DNA from: an uncultured Methanomicrobiales archaeon
GTDB lineage: Archaea > Halobacteriota > Methanomicrobia > Methanomicrobiales > Methanospirillaceae
Reading direction: 5' to 3'
Assembly (NCBI GenBank): GCA_963697895.1
Contig: OY969100.1
Location: 992,001 to 1,056,000 of the forward strand
DNA: 64,000 bases
Both the position numbers and the translations under genes were made by a program. This document shows, piece by piece, positions 44,264 to 55,094 of this stretch; positions within the stretch are counted from its first letter, which is position 1, and every line of letters begins with the position of its first letter. The notes under the pieces were generated by a model. The model searched no databases and was not told where the DNA came from. It worked only from the letters and a program-made list of their open reading frames with translations.

Positions 44264-44272
44264 GGCGTTAAT

Positions 44273-44776
44273 TTACGCAAGGGCCGGGACGCTGTCGGCC
44301 CAGGTCTCCACCGTTGTCCGGATCGCGTCGTCCGAATACGAGGTGATCCGGACCTGGTCGCGGCTGAAGGTCACGTAATACACCTCGCCGTTCGGGTCGT
44401 GGCACTTGAGCGAACAGGAATAGCTCTCCGCTCCGGAATCCCGGACCGCCGTCCCGCCCATCGCGGTGGCCAGCGGTTCGTTCCCGAGGATCTCGGCGAG
44501 GCTCGCATTGAACCCGGCGGGGGTCTTTGCCCGTGCGGTGACGACGCCGACGCTGGCCGCCTCTTCGTCCTCGTAGACGACGTGGACGGTGTAGTTCTCG
44601 CGGTTCTTCATGACCGGGTCCTGCGGGAGATCCCCGTAGGTGTACGCGGTGCACGCGAACGGGTTGTCCGAGATCACGCTCTGGACGATCGCGGAGAAGG
44701 TGGTCAGGTCTGCGATCGGGGCTGCCAGTTCCCTGACAGCGGTCTTGGTGTTGGTTGTCTGGACGAAATTTGCCAA
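44273..44776 (-). CDS. Hypothetical 167-aa alpha/beta protein (TTG start)
   Basis: Strong GC3 codon bias and clean globular composition: MANFVQTTNTKTAVRELAAPIAD...ETWADSVPALA. Confidence 0.85.
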   Translation of the reverse strand: MANFVQTTNTKTAVRELAAPIADLTTFSAIVQSVISDNPFACTAYTYGDLPQDPVMKNRENYTVHVVYEDEEAASVGVVTARAKTPAGFNASLAEILGNEPLATAMGGTAVRDSGAESYSCSLKCHDPNGEVYYVTFSRDQVRITSYSDDAIRTTVETWADSVPALA

Positions 44777-45379
44777 GGGTCTTCACTTCTGCCTCTTTTC
44801 AGGGAGGCAATGATATATGGGACGTATTCGATCTTAGCGTTTTACGGGGTGGAGAAACGATGGTTATATTAGGGCGGGTTTGGATAATGGATTGAGTTTT
44901 GGGGGCTGAATGGTTGCAAGGTAGCAATCGAAGCAAGAATAATTTTTTTTCATAAAATAATACACCATTCCTGATGTTATATTATAATGGAATATTTTGA
45001 AAATACTCAGAAATTTAATTGTACAATTGATTAATACACTTTACTGGCGATACCCTGAAATTCATCCGCTGGCTCAACTTGCGGGGGTATATCCTTCTAC
45101 CAATTACACGAAAATTTTTAATCAGTTCAAAGCCCGGCCGGGGCGTACCACTTTAGTATAGATTTCATCACCGAATTAAGAACCAGTCACATGTTATTGG
45201 TGAATGACGAAAGTACTTCCCATATAAAATAAAAGATGGATAATATCTATTTAGATTGAAAAATCACAACGAGATCCAGATCAACAAGCTATTAATGACC
45301 CTTGCAGAGAACCAGCTATAGGAAAATAAATTGTTCCTTATTAGAAATGAGTTTATAATTCCAAGCGCCGGGGCGATGG

Positions 45380-47362
45380 ATGCCGAACAAGGAAAAAGAG
45401 CCATCAGAACGTCCAATCGATAAGATTCGTCACGCCCTAATTGGTGCCAAAAAGAATATAGAAGACCCTTATCTTTTTCACAAATTATCCCTAATTCCCA
45501 TCCTTGCATGGGTTGGCCTCGGGGCGGACGGAGTATCCTCCTCGTCATATGGTCCTGCCGAGGCATTTACTGCGTTAAATACGCACACTTATATCGCAAT
45601 TTTTCTCGCTTTGGGCACGGCAATTACCGTGTTTATCATCTCCTATGCCTACACACGTATCATTGAAAACTTCCCGAGTGGCGGCGGGGGGTATATTGTT
45701 GCCAATCACACAATCGGGGAGAGAGCCGGTGTCATTTCCGGCTGTGCACTGATTGTGGACTACATTCTCACTATCACCGTCTCAATCGCAGCCTGTGCGG
45801 ACGCTATCTTCAGTTTTCTCCCTTACCCGTTTCAGGCTTTCAAGTTGTTTTTTGCTTCGATTCTCATTGTTATTCTCATCTTTCTCAATCTCAGGGGTGT
45901 AAAAGAGTCTGTAACCATCCTCGCCCCGATCTTCCTCCTGTTCATTGTGACGCATACCCTTCTCCTCGGGTACGGGATATTCAGCCATTCGACGGAGGTC
46001 GTGCCCATCGCCATTCAGATGCATGCCGGTTTCACAGAGGATATTGCCACAATCGGATTCATAGGAATTCTCGCAATCTTTCTTCGCGCATATTCACTCG
46101 GGGGAGGGACCTATACCGGGATTGAAGCGGTCGCAAACGGGATGCAGATTATGCGGGAGCCGCGGGTGAGAACCGGGAAGCGGACGATGGCATATATGGC
46201 TATATCTCTTGCCCTGGTATCTGGTGGCTTGTTTGTCTGCTATCTCCTCTGGGGGGTTCAGCCGGTACCAGGAGAGACCCTGAATGCGGTACTGGCAGGA
46301 GAGGTCTTTTCCGGATGGCCCCTCGGGAACGTCATGGCGCTCGTAACCATTCTGGCCGAAGGAGCACTGCTTCTTGTCGCGTCTCAGACCGGATTTATTG
46401 ACGGGCCCCGCGTCATGGCCAACATGGCGATCGATTCATGGCTGCCGAGACGGTTCGCAATCCTTTCGGAGCGCCTCACCATGAACAATGGGATTCTGTT
46501 GATGGGCGGATCGGCCCTCCTCTTACTCCTCTTTACCCGGGGATCGGTGGCCGCCCTCGTCGTTATGTACGCGATCAATGTGTTCATCACCTTCTCCCTG
46601 TCCAACTTCGGGATGTCCCGGTTTTTTTATAGAAACAGGAGTACAATTCCTCGCTGGAAAAGGCATATCCCCATCCATATCATTGGGTTCATATTGTGTG
46701 TAACCATTCTCTCAATCACTATCTTTGAAAAGTTCGGCGAGGGGGCTTGGCTCACCCTGTTCATTACCGCCCTTTTTGTCGGGCTTTGTCTTTTAATTCA
46801 TGCCCACTACAAACATGTCAGCGAGGGGATCCGGAGACTGGACGCATACCTGGAAAATGTCCCGGTTACGGGAAAGATGAATATAAATCCTGTTGATCCT
46901 CACAAGGTAACCGCGGTCCAGCTCGTGAGCGGTTACAGCGGATTCGGCCTCCGGACCTTCTTTTCCATCATCCAGACATTCCCGAACGTCTTTGAAAATT
47001 TTATCTTCGTATCGGTCGCCGTGATCGATTCCGGATCTTTCAAAGGAAAAGCAGAAGTTAAAGCACTCCAGGATTCCGTTCATGCCGATCTGGAGAAATA
47101 TGTCCAGCATGCACGGGAACTCGGTTTTGCCGCTGAATACCGGTTCGATACGGGGACTGATGTGGTTGAAACTGCGGTCCCCCTCTGTATAGACATTGCC
47201 GATGAGTTCCCTCACTCAACATTCTTCGCGGGCCAGGTTGTTTTCCGGGAGGAGGAACCGTTTCACAAAATTCTCCATAACGAAACCGCATTCGCGATCC
47301 AGAGGCGGCTGCAGTTTAAGGGAATCACGACTGTCATTCTCCCCGTACAGGCAGAAAAATAA
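45380..47362 (+). CDS. APC-superfamily permease, KimA-like K+ transporter
   Basis: LGADGVSSSSYG, FPSGGGGY, DYILT, TYTGIEAVANG, YAINVF, cytoplasmic C-terminal domain with LHNETA. Confidence 0.8.
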   Translation: MPNKEKEPSERPIDKIRHALIGAKKNIEDPYLFHKLSLIPILAWVGLGADGVSSSSYGPAEAFTALNTHTYIAIFLALGTAITVFIISYAYTRIIENFPSGGGGYIVANHTIGERAGVISGCALIVDYILTITVSIAACADAIFSFLPYPFQAFKLFFASILIVILIFLNLRGVKESVTILAPIFLLFIVTHTLLLGYGIFSHSTEVVPIAIQMHAGFTEDIATIGFIGILAIFLRAYSLGGGTYTGIEAVANGMQIMREPRVRTGKRTMAYMAISLALVSGGLFVCYLLWGVQPVPGETLNAVLAGEVFSGWPLGNVMALVTILAEGALLLVASQTGFIDGPRVMANMAIDSWLPRRFAILSERLTMNNGILLMGGSALLLLLFTRGSVAALVVMYAINVFITFSLSNFGMSRFFYRNRSTIPRWKRHIPIHIIGFILCVTILSITIFEKFGEGAWLTLFITALFVGLCLLIHAHYKHVSEGIRRLDAYLENVPVTGKMNINPVDPHKVTAVQLVSGYSGFGLRTFFSIIQTFPNVFENFIFVSVAVIDSGSFKGKAEVKALQDSVHADLEKYVQHARELGFAAEYRFDTGTDVVETAVPLCIDIADEFPHSTFFAGQVVFREEEPFHKILHNETAFAIQRRLQFKGITTVILPVQAEK

Positions 47363-47782
47363 GTAATAATTGTCCGAAACAGAAATTGTGTAAAATGTAC
47401 CACATTCATTACGTTGACAGGAGACTAGAACAAGGAGATTTTTTAGAACATTTTATTTCTGGTAATCCTTCATGATAATGTTTTTATATTAATCTTACGA
47501 ACTCCCATGCTTAACCGGCCCAGGTCTTGGTGATCCCCCCAAATATCCCCAGACCCAATGCTGATTTATTATAACCCCTTGTTAATTTGGGCCGGTATTT
47601 TTCACTAAGGGGATTCGTCTATCATGTCTCAATCGTTAGTGATCTAGTATGTGCAATCGGGTTAATTTTCATTAACCCGAAAATGATTCACTTTTATACC
47701 TCGAGATCGATATGCCGATCGGTATTCTCCCAATCCCTCGATACCCGTCTGGAGAACAAAGCAGCACTATGGATTGATCCTC

Positions 47783-48961
47783 TTATCCTGAACCTTCCCC
47801 CGCCTGTTGTTCACCGGATTTCTTGGGTTGCGGCACCATGGTAACTTTTTTGGTGATCAGGTACCCGGCAACCGTGGCAATGACGATCACGAGGAAAAGC
47901 CCCCACTGGAAGAAGATGAGAAGGAGGAGCAGGATCACGCCAACCCAGCTCTTCAGGATGCAGACGATCATGCCGGCCATGACCGCTGCTATCGCAACAG
48001 GAAGAGGAATGGCGGGGATGAGGAGGCTGATGGCCATACCGAGCGTCCCCCCCGCGAAGATCAGCGGAAAGATAGGCCCTCCCTTGAATACCGTGGCCAT
48101 GCACCAGGTGCTGGCAAGGATCTTCACCACCACCAGGAAGAGCAGGGTGGCGGCACCCAGTGCAGCGCCCTCCACGAGGACCGTCTGGAACTGGTACTGG
48201 CCGGAGAAGAGGACCAGGGGAGCAGCGATGCCCGCCAGTCCCAGTCCAATCCCTCCCAGAAGTCCCCTGAGCAGATGTTTTTCGGAGAGGGGTTCCATCA
48301 GGCGGGAAAAGAGGCGATAGCAGTACACCATGGCGATTCCTGCCAACCCACCGACGAGACCGAGTATGGCCGCGTACAGGAGATCAACGAGGATGAACTG
48401 CTGGTATACCGGAACGATATACAGAGTGTCGGATGTCGCGGCGGTGATGTCAAGGAAGATGCCAAACCCGACCAGGGCCCCGGCGATGCCGATGATCGAG
48501 AGGCGGCGCACCCGCTCCTTCTCGCTCGCCCCTCTCTCCCCCGACCAGGTGCCCATGCTCCCGCCCATGTCGACGGCGGCCATCTCCGGCCCCAGGCTGG
48601 CCCCGAAGATCAGGGAGAGGAATATGGCGAGCAGGCCTCCGGGAAGATACTTCGGTTCGATCCTGCCGGATTTCTCGAATTCGATCATCGTCTTCTGCAG
48701 AATGGTCACGTGATTGCCAAAGTGATGCAGGCAGAGCCCCACCGCCAGTCCGCCGATGATCGTGAGCAACAGGATGAAGAGCGGAGTGTACGCCGGCTCC
48801 TGCCAGATGAGATCCGTGACCACCGTCTGGAGGCCGAGAAAGGCTACCATCGCGAGTGCAGCGGCAAAGAAGAGGAGGACCGAGAGGACGATGATCCGAA
48901 GGGAGAGGTGCGGTTTATTCGTCGGGATCTTTTCTTTCCGATCCGTAAAAAGGTGAACCAT
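47783..48961 (-). CDS. CLC (chloride channel/antiporter) family protein
   Basis: GASLGPEMA (G.E motif), FKGGPIFP, FSG; ~11 TM helices. Confidence 0.8.
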   Translation of the reverse strand: MVHLFTDRKEKIPTNKPHLSLRIIVLSVLLFFAAALAMVAFLGLQTVVTDLIWQEPAYTPLFILLLTIIGGLAVGLCLHHFGNHVTILQKTMIEFEKSGRIEPKYLPGGLLAIFLSLIFGASLGPEMAAVDMGGSMGTWSGERGASEKERVRRLSIIGIAGALVGFGIFLDITAATSDTLYIVPVYQQFILVDLLYAAILGLVGGLAGIAMVYCYRLFSRLMEPLSEKHLLRGLLGGIGLGLAGIAAPLVLFSGQYQFQTVLVEGAALGAATLLFLVVVKILASTWCMATVFKGGPIFPLIFAGGTLGMAISLLIPAIPLPVAIAAVMAGMIVCILKSWVGVILLLLLIFFQWGLFLVIVIATVAGYLITKKVTMVPQPKKSGEQQAGEGSG

Positions 48962-49226
48962 GTATACCCTTTCTTGGAAAGTCGGTGACTTAAATATACT
49001 ATATTTGTCCTTCCTGATGCCCCGGGTATCTCATCGCCGGGATGAGTGTGCTTCCCCTGCCGGCAATCTGAATGATATCCAAAAATGATGTATGGAGCCT
49101 GCCTCGTAAAAAGAGATGATAAAAGACAAGTTGAGCAGGTTGATGAAGAGGGATAGTCCGCCACTCTGGCATTCTCTGATCCGGGGGGGGAGTTTATAAA
49201 TACAGGATCGTAAAAAGGATGTAATA

Positions 49227-49919
49227 ATGGATTTTCTGCCAAAGGGTCGGCTGGACGCCTTTGCAGACGGTGTATTTGCGATAGTCATCACGTTGCTCGT
49301 GCTCGATCTTTCAATACCGGATGTCGCCGAAACGATAACGACCGCTCTTTTTCAACAATGGCCTGTTTTCCTCGCATATCTCATTAGTTTTGCATTTGTG
49401 GGAAGTGTCTGGATATCGCATTCTTCTATTACCGCTCTGATGAAACAGGAAACTCCTCATTCCTATCGCCTTACGCTCCTGATGCTTCTGTTCGTGTCGC
49501 TCATTCCCTTTACGACGAAGCTCATGTCCTTTTATCTCTCGAATCCCCCGGTGATTCCGGAAATAATCGCCTCAGATATTTTTTCCTGGTGGCTGACGGT
49601 AAACGCAGTCGCGAGATCAGGGCTGAGCATTCCGGTAACAATATATGGTTTGGATCTCCTCGCTGCATCGGTTACTCTGAATGCGATCATGAGATCGGCG
49701 ATTCTGCACCCTGACGTGATTATCAATGAGTCCGCCAGAAACGAGCTGAATGCCCTGCAGCGAAGGCAGCAGTTCGGGATCATCGTCATAATCGGGACGC
49801 TGATCTGTGGATTTTTCCTGCCGGTAATCGCGGTAATCGGGTACATTTTTGCATCGATACTCTTCTTTATCACACCGACCATCCCTATTGCACGGGCGAG
49901 ATTGAGGAAAAACAGTTAA
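49227..49919 (+). CDS. TMEM175 family K+ channel
   Basis: RLDAFADGVFAIVITLLVL, AYLISF, W.SH, LIPFTT. Confidence 0.88.
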   Translation: MDFLPKGRLDAFADGVFAIVITLLVLDLSIPDVAETITTALFQQWPVFLAYLISFAFVGSVWISHSSITALMKQETPHSYRLTLLMLLFVSLIPFTTKLMSFYLSNPPVIPEIIASDIFSWWLTVNAVARSGLSIPVTIYGLDLLAASVTLNAIMRSAILHPDVIINESARNELNALQRRQQFGIIVIIGTLICGFFLPVIAVIGYIFASILFFITPTIPIARARLRKNS

Positions 49920-50174
49920 ATTATTCAAATTTTTTTTAATTAATACCATATTCTGACAGCGATATATTCAGTGGTCGCCGAATCCACCGCCGAATTCAGA
50001 CGCGGGTGATTGCCCGGGAAGCAATCCGGAGAAATATAATACGTTTAGAAGGTAAATACGGGCTTGGAAAGATATTTCTGTGCACCTTACCGCTTGCCCG
50101 GGAAGAGCGGTTATTTATAAACATAGCTTCATCGTGTCACCCATCCTATATATACTATATAAAAAGTTGGTTGC

Positions 50175-50513
50175 ATGCAAAAAAATACTCGAAAAGATCA
50201 CGGGGAATCTAACCCGAATGCAGTGAATGTTGACGGAACTCCCATTGTTCGTGCAAGACTGCCTAAAAAATGGAAAAAAGAGCAATTTGCCCTTGCTGAA
50301 TTGATGCTTGGGGCAAATCACATTCGCGTCCGGTGTTCTGACGGTATTACACGGCTTGGCAGAATCAAGGGATCGATGAAGAGACGCACGTGGATCCGGG
50401 AAGGCGATACGTTAATCGTTGCACCCTGGAGCTTCCAGGACGCAAAGTGCGATATTATATACCGATACGTAAAAACGCAGACGGACTGGCTGCGAAGAAA
50501 TCAATATATTTGA
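50175..50513 (+). CDS. eif1a: Translation initiation factor aIF-1A
   Basis: MLGANHIRVRCSDGITRLGRIKG..KRR.WIREGD..IV.PW.FQD.KCDIIYRY. Confidence 0.93.
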   Translation: MQKNTRKDHGESNPNAVNVDGTPIVRARLPKKWKKEQFALAELMLGANHIRVRCSDGITRLGRIKGSMKRRTWIREGDTLIVAPWSFQDAKCDIIYRYVKTQTDWLRRNQYI

Positions 50514-50752
50514 AGATAATCTTTTTTCCGGAGATCCATCAGATAACCCATACCATTCTCCCCGCTCGTCAGAACCGCTTCGGTGGTGAGCGTATGACAG
50601 AATTTTCCCCGACTGGTTTTTCCCCAATTCTCGGATTACCCGTGAAACGGGAATATTTACTGATAAAAGAATTGTTTAGCCGGTCATTGTGTTGGTGGCA
50701 GAGAAACTCCTGCCTTCAGGCTGGGAAGTGAATGCCACACGCTCTTCATTGC

Positions 50753-50986
50753 TCATGGTTTTACCATTTTCTTTTTGAATAAATAGGCTATACCGTTTGT
50801 TACCCAGGCAATCACCAATCCGACTCCAACACCTCTAAAGTAAATGTTGCCAGTAAAGTATGCTATCAAAAGGAAAATGATACTCAAAACGAACTCAAGT
50901 GCTATGAGTGCTGTAAGGAGATGTTGCTCCAAAAGTCTTCGTCTCCAGTCTGGCAAAATGATGTTATTTTCCTCCATGTTTTTCAT
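50753..50986 (-). CDS. Small 2-TM membrane protein
   Basis: Two hydrophobic helices; AT-rich sequence. Confidence 0.6.
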   Translation of the reverse strand: MKNMEENNIILPDWRRRLLEQHLLTALIALEFVLSIIFLLIAYFTGNIYFRGVGVGLVIAWVTNGIAYLFKKKMVKP

Positions 50987-51212
50987 CTCTTTTTAATAAT
51001 GTTCCCCATTTCTTAAATATCCCGTCCGCTAGGGACGAGGACGTCATATCAAATTAGGTCCTCCATTAAGAAAAAACTTCAGGAATTTATTCTCGATCGA
51101 TCGAGATATCTCATTTTTTGAAAAAATAATACATGGAGTTCATATATCAATCCCCAACATCTCATCGACACCGGATAAAATCGAATAAGGGGTCAGCCTA
51201 AAAGAAAAAGAA

Positions 51213-51632
51213 TTATTTCCATGCCCAGATTTTTACGCTGGTATTTCCCATCTCATCGGTATCGTATTCGTACACGAACGAGCTGCTGTTCAGTGCTGCC
51301 CACTTCTGAGACGTGGTCTGGAAATAAAGGACCCCCCGGAAACTCACTCCGGCTCCCTTCCCGGTCATTTTTCCCACTCCACTCGCTTTGTATATCGCCA
51401 TGTCCCCGCCCTTGGACATGATAACCCCGTTTCCCTCTCCGTACAGCATCCCGTTCGGCTGCATTATGGACCAGTACGTCGTCATGTCCATGACGTCCAG
51501 CCCGAGAATCTTTCCACTCTGTGATTGCGAGGTCTCTATTTTGGGCGTCGTCTCGTGCGGGGTAAGTATTCGCGTTCCGGTCACTTTTCCCTTCAATTCA
51601 CCGATCATTTCACCAATCATGGTATTCTCCAC
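51213..51632 (-). CDS. Hypothetical beta-rich protein
   Basis: GELKGKVTGTRIL, GMLYGEGNG, FQTTS.KW..LN, YE.D; globular all-beta pattern. Confidence 0.75.
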   Translation of the reverse strand: MENTMIGEMIGELKGKVTGTRILTPHETTPKIETSQSQSGKILGLDVMDMTTYWSIMQPNGMLYGEGNGVIMSKGGDMAIYKASGVGKMTGKGAGVSFRGVLYFQTTSQKWAALNSSSFVYEYDTDEMGNTSVKIWAWK

Positions 51633-51996
51633 CTTTCTATGTCAATGACAGCTCCATCCCTGGTCAACCTCTTCACGATAGCGGTTGAAGAGTCCGGACC
51701 CGGGAGTTGCCACGTCGACAGATACGTTTGAAATGGATAATACTATCTCACGTCTTCAGGATCTCATTGACCCTTATGTGTGGTTTCTCTCCCGGTGAGG
51801 AATCGTAAAAAAGAATGTCTTCCCTTACCGGGCTCAGACTCTGCCCATATCCGGCCGCCGTGCCGTTCGACTGTTTTACGGCTGATTGCGGGGCCGATTC
51901 ACATCCCGGGAAGTTTTCAGGGATATTGAGCCGCTAAATAGATCAGATAATTTTTTAAGCACGGCATGAGATGGAAACACGAGTAGTGGAGGATGT

Positions 51997-52545
51997 ATGG
52001 TCGACAGCGGCGAAAAATCACCCAAAACCCTTGACGATGACCTCCGAGTGATCCGTGAATATATGAGAACGCAGAAGGAGGAAGTGCCCCGGTACATCCA
52101 GCTGCTGAAGCACGGCACGCTCGTCGAACGGACAAATTCTGCCGACCGCCTGGGTGAGATCGGTGATGTACAGGCCGTTCCTGCCCTGATCGATGCCCTG
52201 CATGATGAATCGACTGCAGTGCAGTACGTTGCCACGAAGTCACTGGGACTCCTGAAAGACAAGCGGGCAGTGGATCCGCTCATCCAGGCGCTCAAATCCG
52301 GGGAAAAATGGGTCCGTCTCGGGGCCGCTGAAGCACTGGGAATAATTGGCGATCCCAAAGCCGTTGATGCACTTATCCCCGTGCTCAGGGACGATCACCA
52401 TGACGTCCGGGGACATGCTGCCTGGGCTTTGGGAGAACTGGGTGATAAAAGGGCTATACCGTCTCTCACTCTGCTCCTTCAGGACGAAAAACCTGATGTG
52501 CGCAGAGAGGCGGAGGCTGCGGTAAAAAAGTTGGAAACAAAATGA
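51997..52545 (+). CDS. HEAT (PBS-lyase-like) repeat protein
   Basis: Repeated VR..AA.ALG.IGD..AV..LI..L.D units. Confidence 0.92.
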   Translation: MVDSGEKSPKTLDDDLRVIREYMRTQKEEVPRYIQLLKHGTLVERTNSADRLGEIGDVQAVPALIDALHDESTAVQYVATKSLGLLKDKRAVDPLIQALKSGEKWVRLGAAEALGIIGDPKAVDALIPVLRDDHHDVRGHAAWALGELGDKRAIPSLTLLLQDEKPDVRREAEAAVKKLETK

Positions 52546-52645
52546 GAGCGCATGCCTGGAGTGTGGGGATGGCAATATTGTCCGGGAAGAACGATATTCA
52601 TTCCATTCAGATTCGGAATCCGGGTAAACGGGGACGGGTGATTCC

Positions 52646-53998
52646 ATGGCTGAACTGAAGAGGACGCTGGGGGTCTGGCAGGCAGCGGCGGTCAGCATCG
52701 GCGCAATCATCGGGGCCGGCATATTCGTCCTGATCGGGGTCGCATCAGGACTTGCCGGCCCTTCGGTGATACTGTCGTTTATCGTTGCCGGGCTTGCCGC
52801 TCTGTTCACCGCACTCAGTGCCGCCGAGCTCTCGTCGTTCATCACCGAATCCGGAGGTTCGTATATCTATACGCACCACGCCTTCGGAAGGTTCTGGGGG
52901 TTTATCGTCGGGTGGGTGCAGACGGCAGATTATATAATCGGTGCCAGTGCGGTCTCTATCGGCTTTGCGGGGTACCTGATTTATTTCCTCGGCATTCCTC
53001 CCACTACGGTCGCTATCATCATTATCGCGTTCCTCTTACCGATTATCCTGATGCTCGTAAATCTCCGCGGGATGCGGGAGGCCGCCGGGATGAACTCGAT
53101 AATGGTTTTTTTGAAGATCATCGCCCTGATCATCTTCGTCGGGATCGGCGCATGGTTCATCGTGGTGAACGGGCCATCGGGAACGTATACCCCGTTCTTC
53201 CCGAACGGATTTTCCGGGATGCTGCATGGGGCGGCGATCATATTCTTTGCCTTCGTCGGGTTCAACACCGTGACGGTGATCGCCGAGGAGGTGAAGGATC
53301 CGGTCCGGAATGTCCCCCGGGCTCTTCTCCTCGCATTCGTTGTCTGCTCCGCCCTGTACATCGGGGTATCGATCGTTGCCATCGGACTGGTCGACTGGTC
53401 TGTGCTTGCCACGTCCGATGCACCCCTCGAGACCGCCCTCAAAGTTGCGACCCAGAATCCCTTTATCCTCGGGTATATCTCGATTGCCGCCCTGTTTGCC
53501 ACCGCTTCGGTGGTCATGTCGAGTATATTCGGCGGGTCGAGGGCGCTCTTTGCCATGGCCCGGCAGAAACTCCTTCCCCTTTCGATCAGCAGGATATCCA
53601 AGAACGGGGTCCCGTACATCTCCGTGATCATCGTCTCGGTGGCGATGGCAGGGATCGTCCTCGTATCCGGGGGAAATCTTGCTACTCTTGCCCAGGTCTT
53701 CAATTTCGGGACGCTCCTCACCTTCTTCTTCATCAACATGAGCCTCGTGAAACTCAGGTGGGACAACCCGGATGCTGTCCGCGGGTTTAAGGTGCCTGCC
53801 TACCCGCTGACACCCGTGCTCGGTGTCATATCCTGTGCACTCCTCCTCGCGTTCCTGAGCCGGTATGCCCTCATCTTCGGGGTGATCTGGATCGCCATCG
53901 GGATCCTGATCTTCGAGGCAAACCTGAGAGATTTCAAGAAAAAAGTAGAGGCGAAGCTGAAGAAGGAGTTCCATTCGGAAAAGCGGCCGGAGAAATAG
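52646..53998 (+). CDS. APC family amino acid permease
   Basis: IGAIIGAGIF, AGPS, GGSY.Y, FFAFVGF, AEEVKDP.RNVP. Confidence 0.92.
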   Translation: MAELKRTLGVWQAAAVSIGAIIGAGIFVLIGVASGLAGPSVILSFIVAGLAALFTALSAAELSSFITESGGSYIYTHHAFGRFWGFIVGWVQTADYIIGASAVSIGFAGYLIYFLGIPPTTVAIIIIAFLLPIILMLVNLRGMREAAGMNSIMVFLKIIALIIFVGIGAWFIVVNGPSGTYTPFFPNGFSGMLHGAAIIFFAFVGFNTVTVIAEEVKDPVRNVPRALLLAFVVCSALYIGVSIVAIGLVDWSVLATSDAPLETALKVATQNPFILGYISIAALFATASVVMSSIFGGSRALFAMARQKLLPLSISRISKNGVPYISVIIVSVAMAGIVLVSGGNLATLAQVFNFGTLLTFFFINMSLVKLRWDNPDAVRGFKVPAYPLTPVLGVISCALLLAFLSRYALIFGVIWIAIGILIFEANLRDFKKKVEAKLKKEFHSEKRPEK

Positions 53999-54232
53999 AT
54001 CATCCCGGCCATTTTTAGTCTCGGGAACGAAGTTACGAAATTCAATACCCTGTTCAATTTCATAGTCGGTATACCGGATGCGTTATTGGTGGCTGAAAAC
54101 CCGGTCGATTCCCGGTTTACCGGAACGGGACCCCGGATGCGGGCGTTCTACGAGGAACCCGTAACCATCAGCCCGTCCAGGAGACACTTTGGCACAGCCC
54201 TGGCTTTTGCCTTAAAAGCAGGTTAGGGAGAG

Positions 54233-54865
54233 TTATCCCGGCAGGGTCGAAAGAACCCGGACGAAGGCCAGGAGCAGTTCAAACAGGCCAAAAGATAAGA
54301 TCACCGTAAGCACGAGAGGGACGAGGACGACCAGGACGGCCCTCCCGGTCGTCATCTCCTGGTTTTCCCGGACCCCGATGATGATCAGGATCACGGTCCA
54401 GACAGACCCGATGATCGAGACAAACGGGATCCACCCAATGAGTAAGGCCGGTGTAGACGCGTACATCACGGTCTTCACCGTCTGGGTCAGTCCCTTCTGG
54501 CCGCCGAACAGGATCACGAAGACGTGGTAGTACAACCCGCTGATGAAAATAGCGAAGAGCATGAACACGAAGAGGAGGTAGGGGAGGAACAGGAGGTAGG
54601 TGACCAGGAAGGCGGTGAATGCCTTCACGATACCTGGACCGTTGCTCCCGAGGATACCGCTCGATGCGATCGTGGTTACGGAAGCTGCTCCAGTAGGTGA
54701 CGCCAACGGAGACCGATACCACGATGGCAAGAAGAACGCTGAAGAGGATGAGGAGGATGACATAGTACTGGTAGGCACTGGTCAGCGTCTCCGATCTCGT
54801 GGCCTGAAGGTTGCCGAGGGATGCAGGAGAAAGCCTTTCACTTTCTCTCCGATATGTGTGGACAT
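54233..54865 (-). CDS. YIP1 family membrane protein with two compensating frameshifts (~54808 and ~54680)
   Basis: MSTHIGEKVKGFLLHPSATF / QATRSETLTSAYQYY...WSSF / VTTIASSG...HVFVILFGG...YASTPALLIGWIP; the total span is a multiple of 3. Confidence 0.78.
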
Positions 54866-55094
54866 ACAGACCCTCGTAAATCCTGCGACCCGATAAATCT
54901 GATCCCGGCGGAAATCTCGAAGACGATGCTGTTTGACTCCGGTGCACCGGAGTTAAACAAGGACCATTGCAATTGCCGACAAGGCTCCGTATACAGCTCC
55001 GGATCAACAACTCCCGGAGGCCGGTATTTCCGCAAACAATAGGGCCGGAGCATAACTTAACACCTGTCCGGGTGTATACCAGAGAGAGACCACT

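Noticed and set aside
43677-44280. ORF-track ORFs 43699-44280, 43677-44021 and 43882-44202 as real proteins
   Set aside because: They are translations of the repeat that switch peptide frame between units.
44780-45380. c-di-AMP riboswitch or other ncRNA upstream of the KimA-like gene
   Set aside because: The region is AT-rich with no recognisable riboswitch consensus; it more likely holds divergent promoters.
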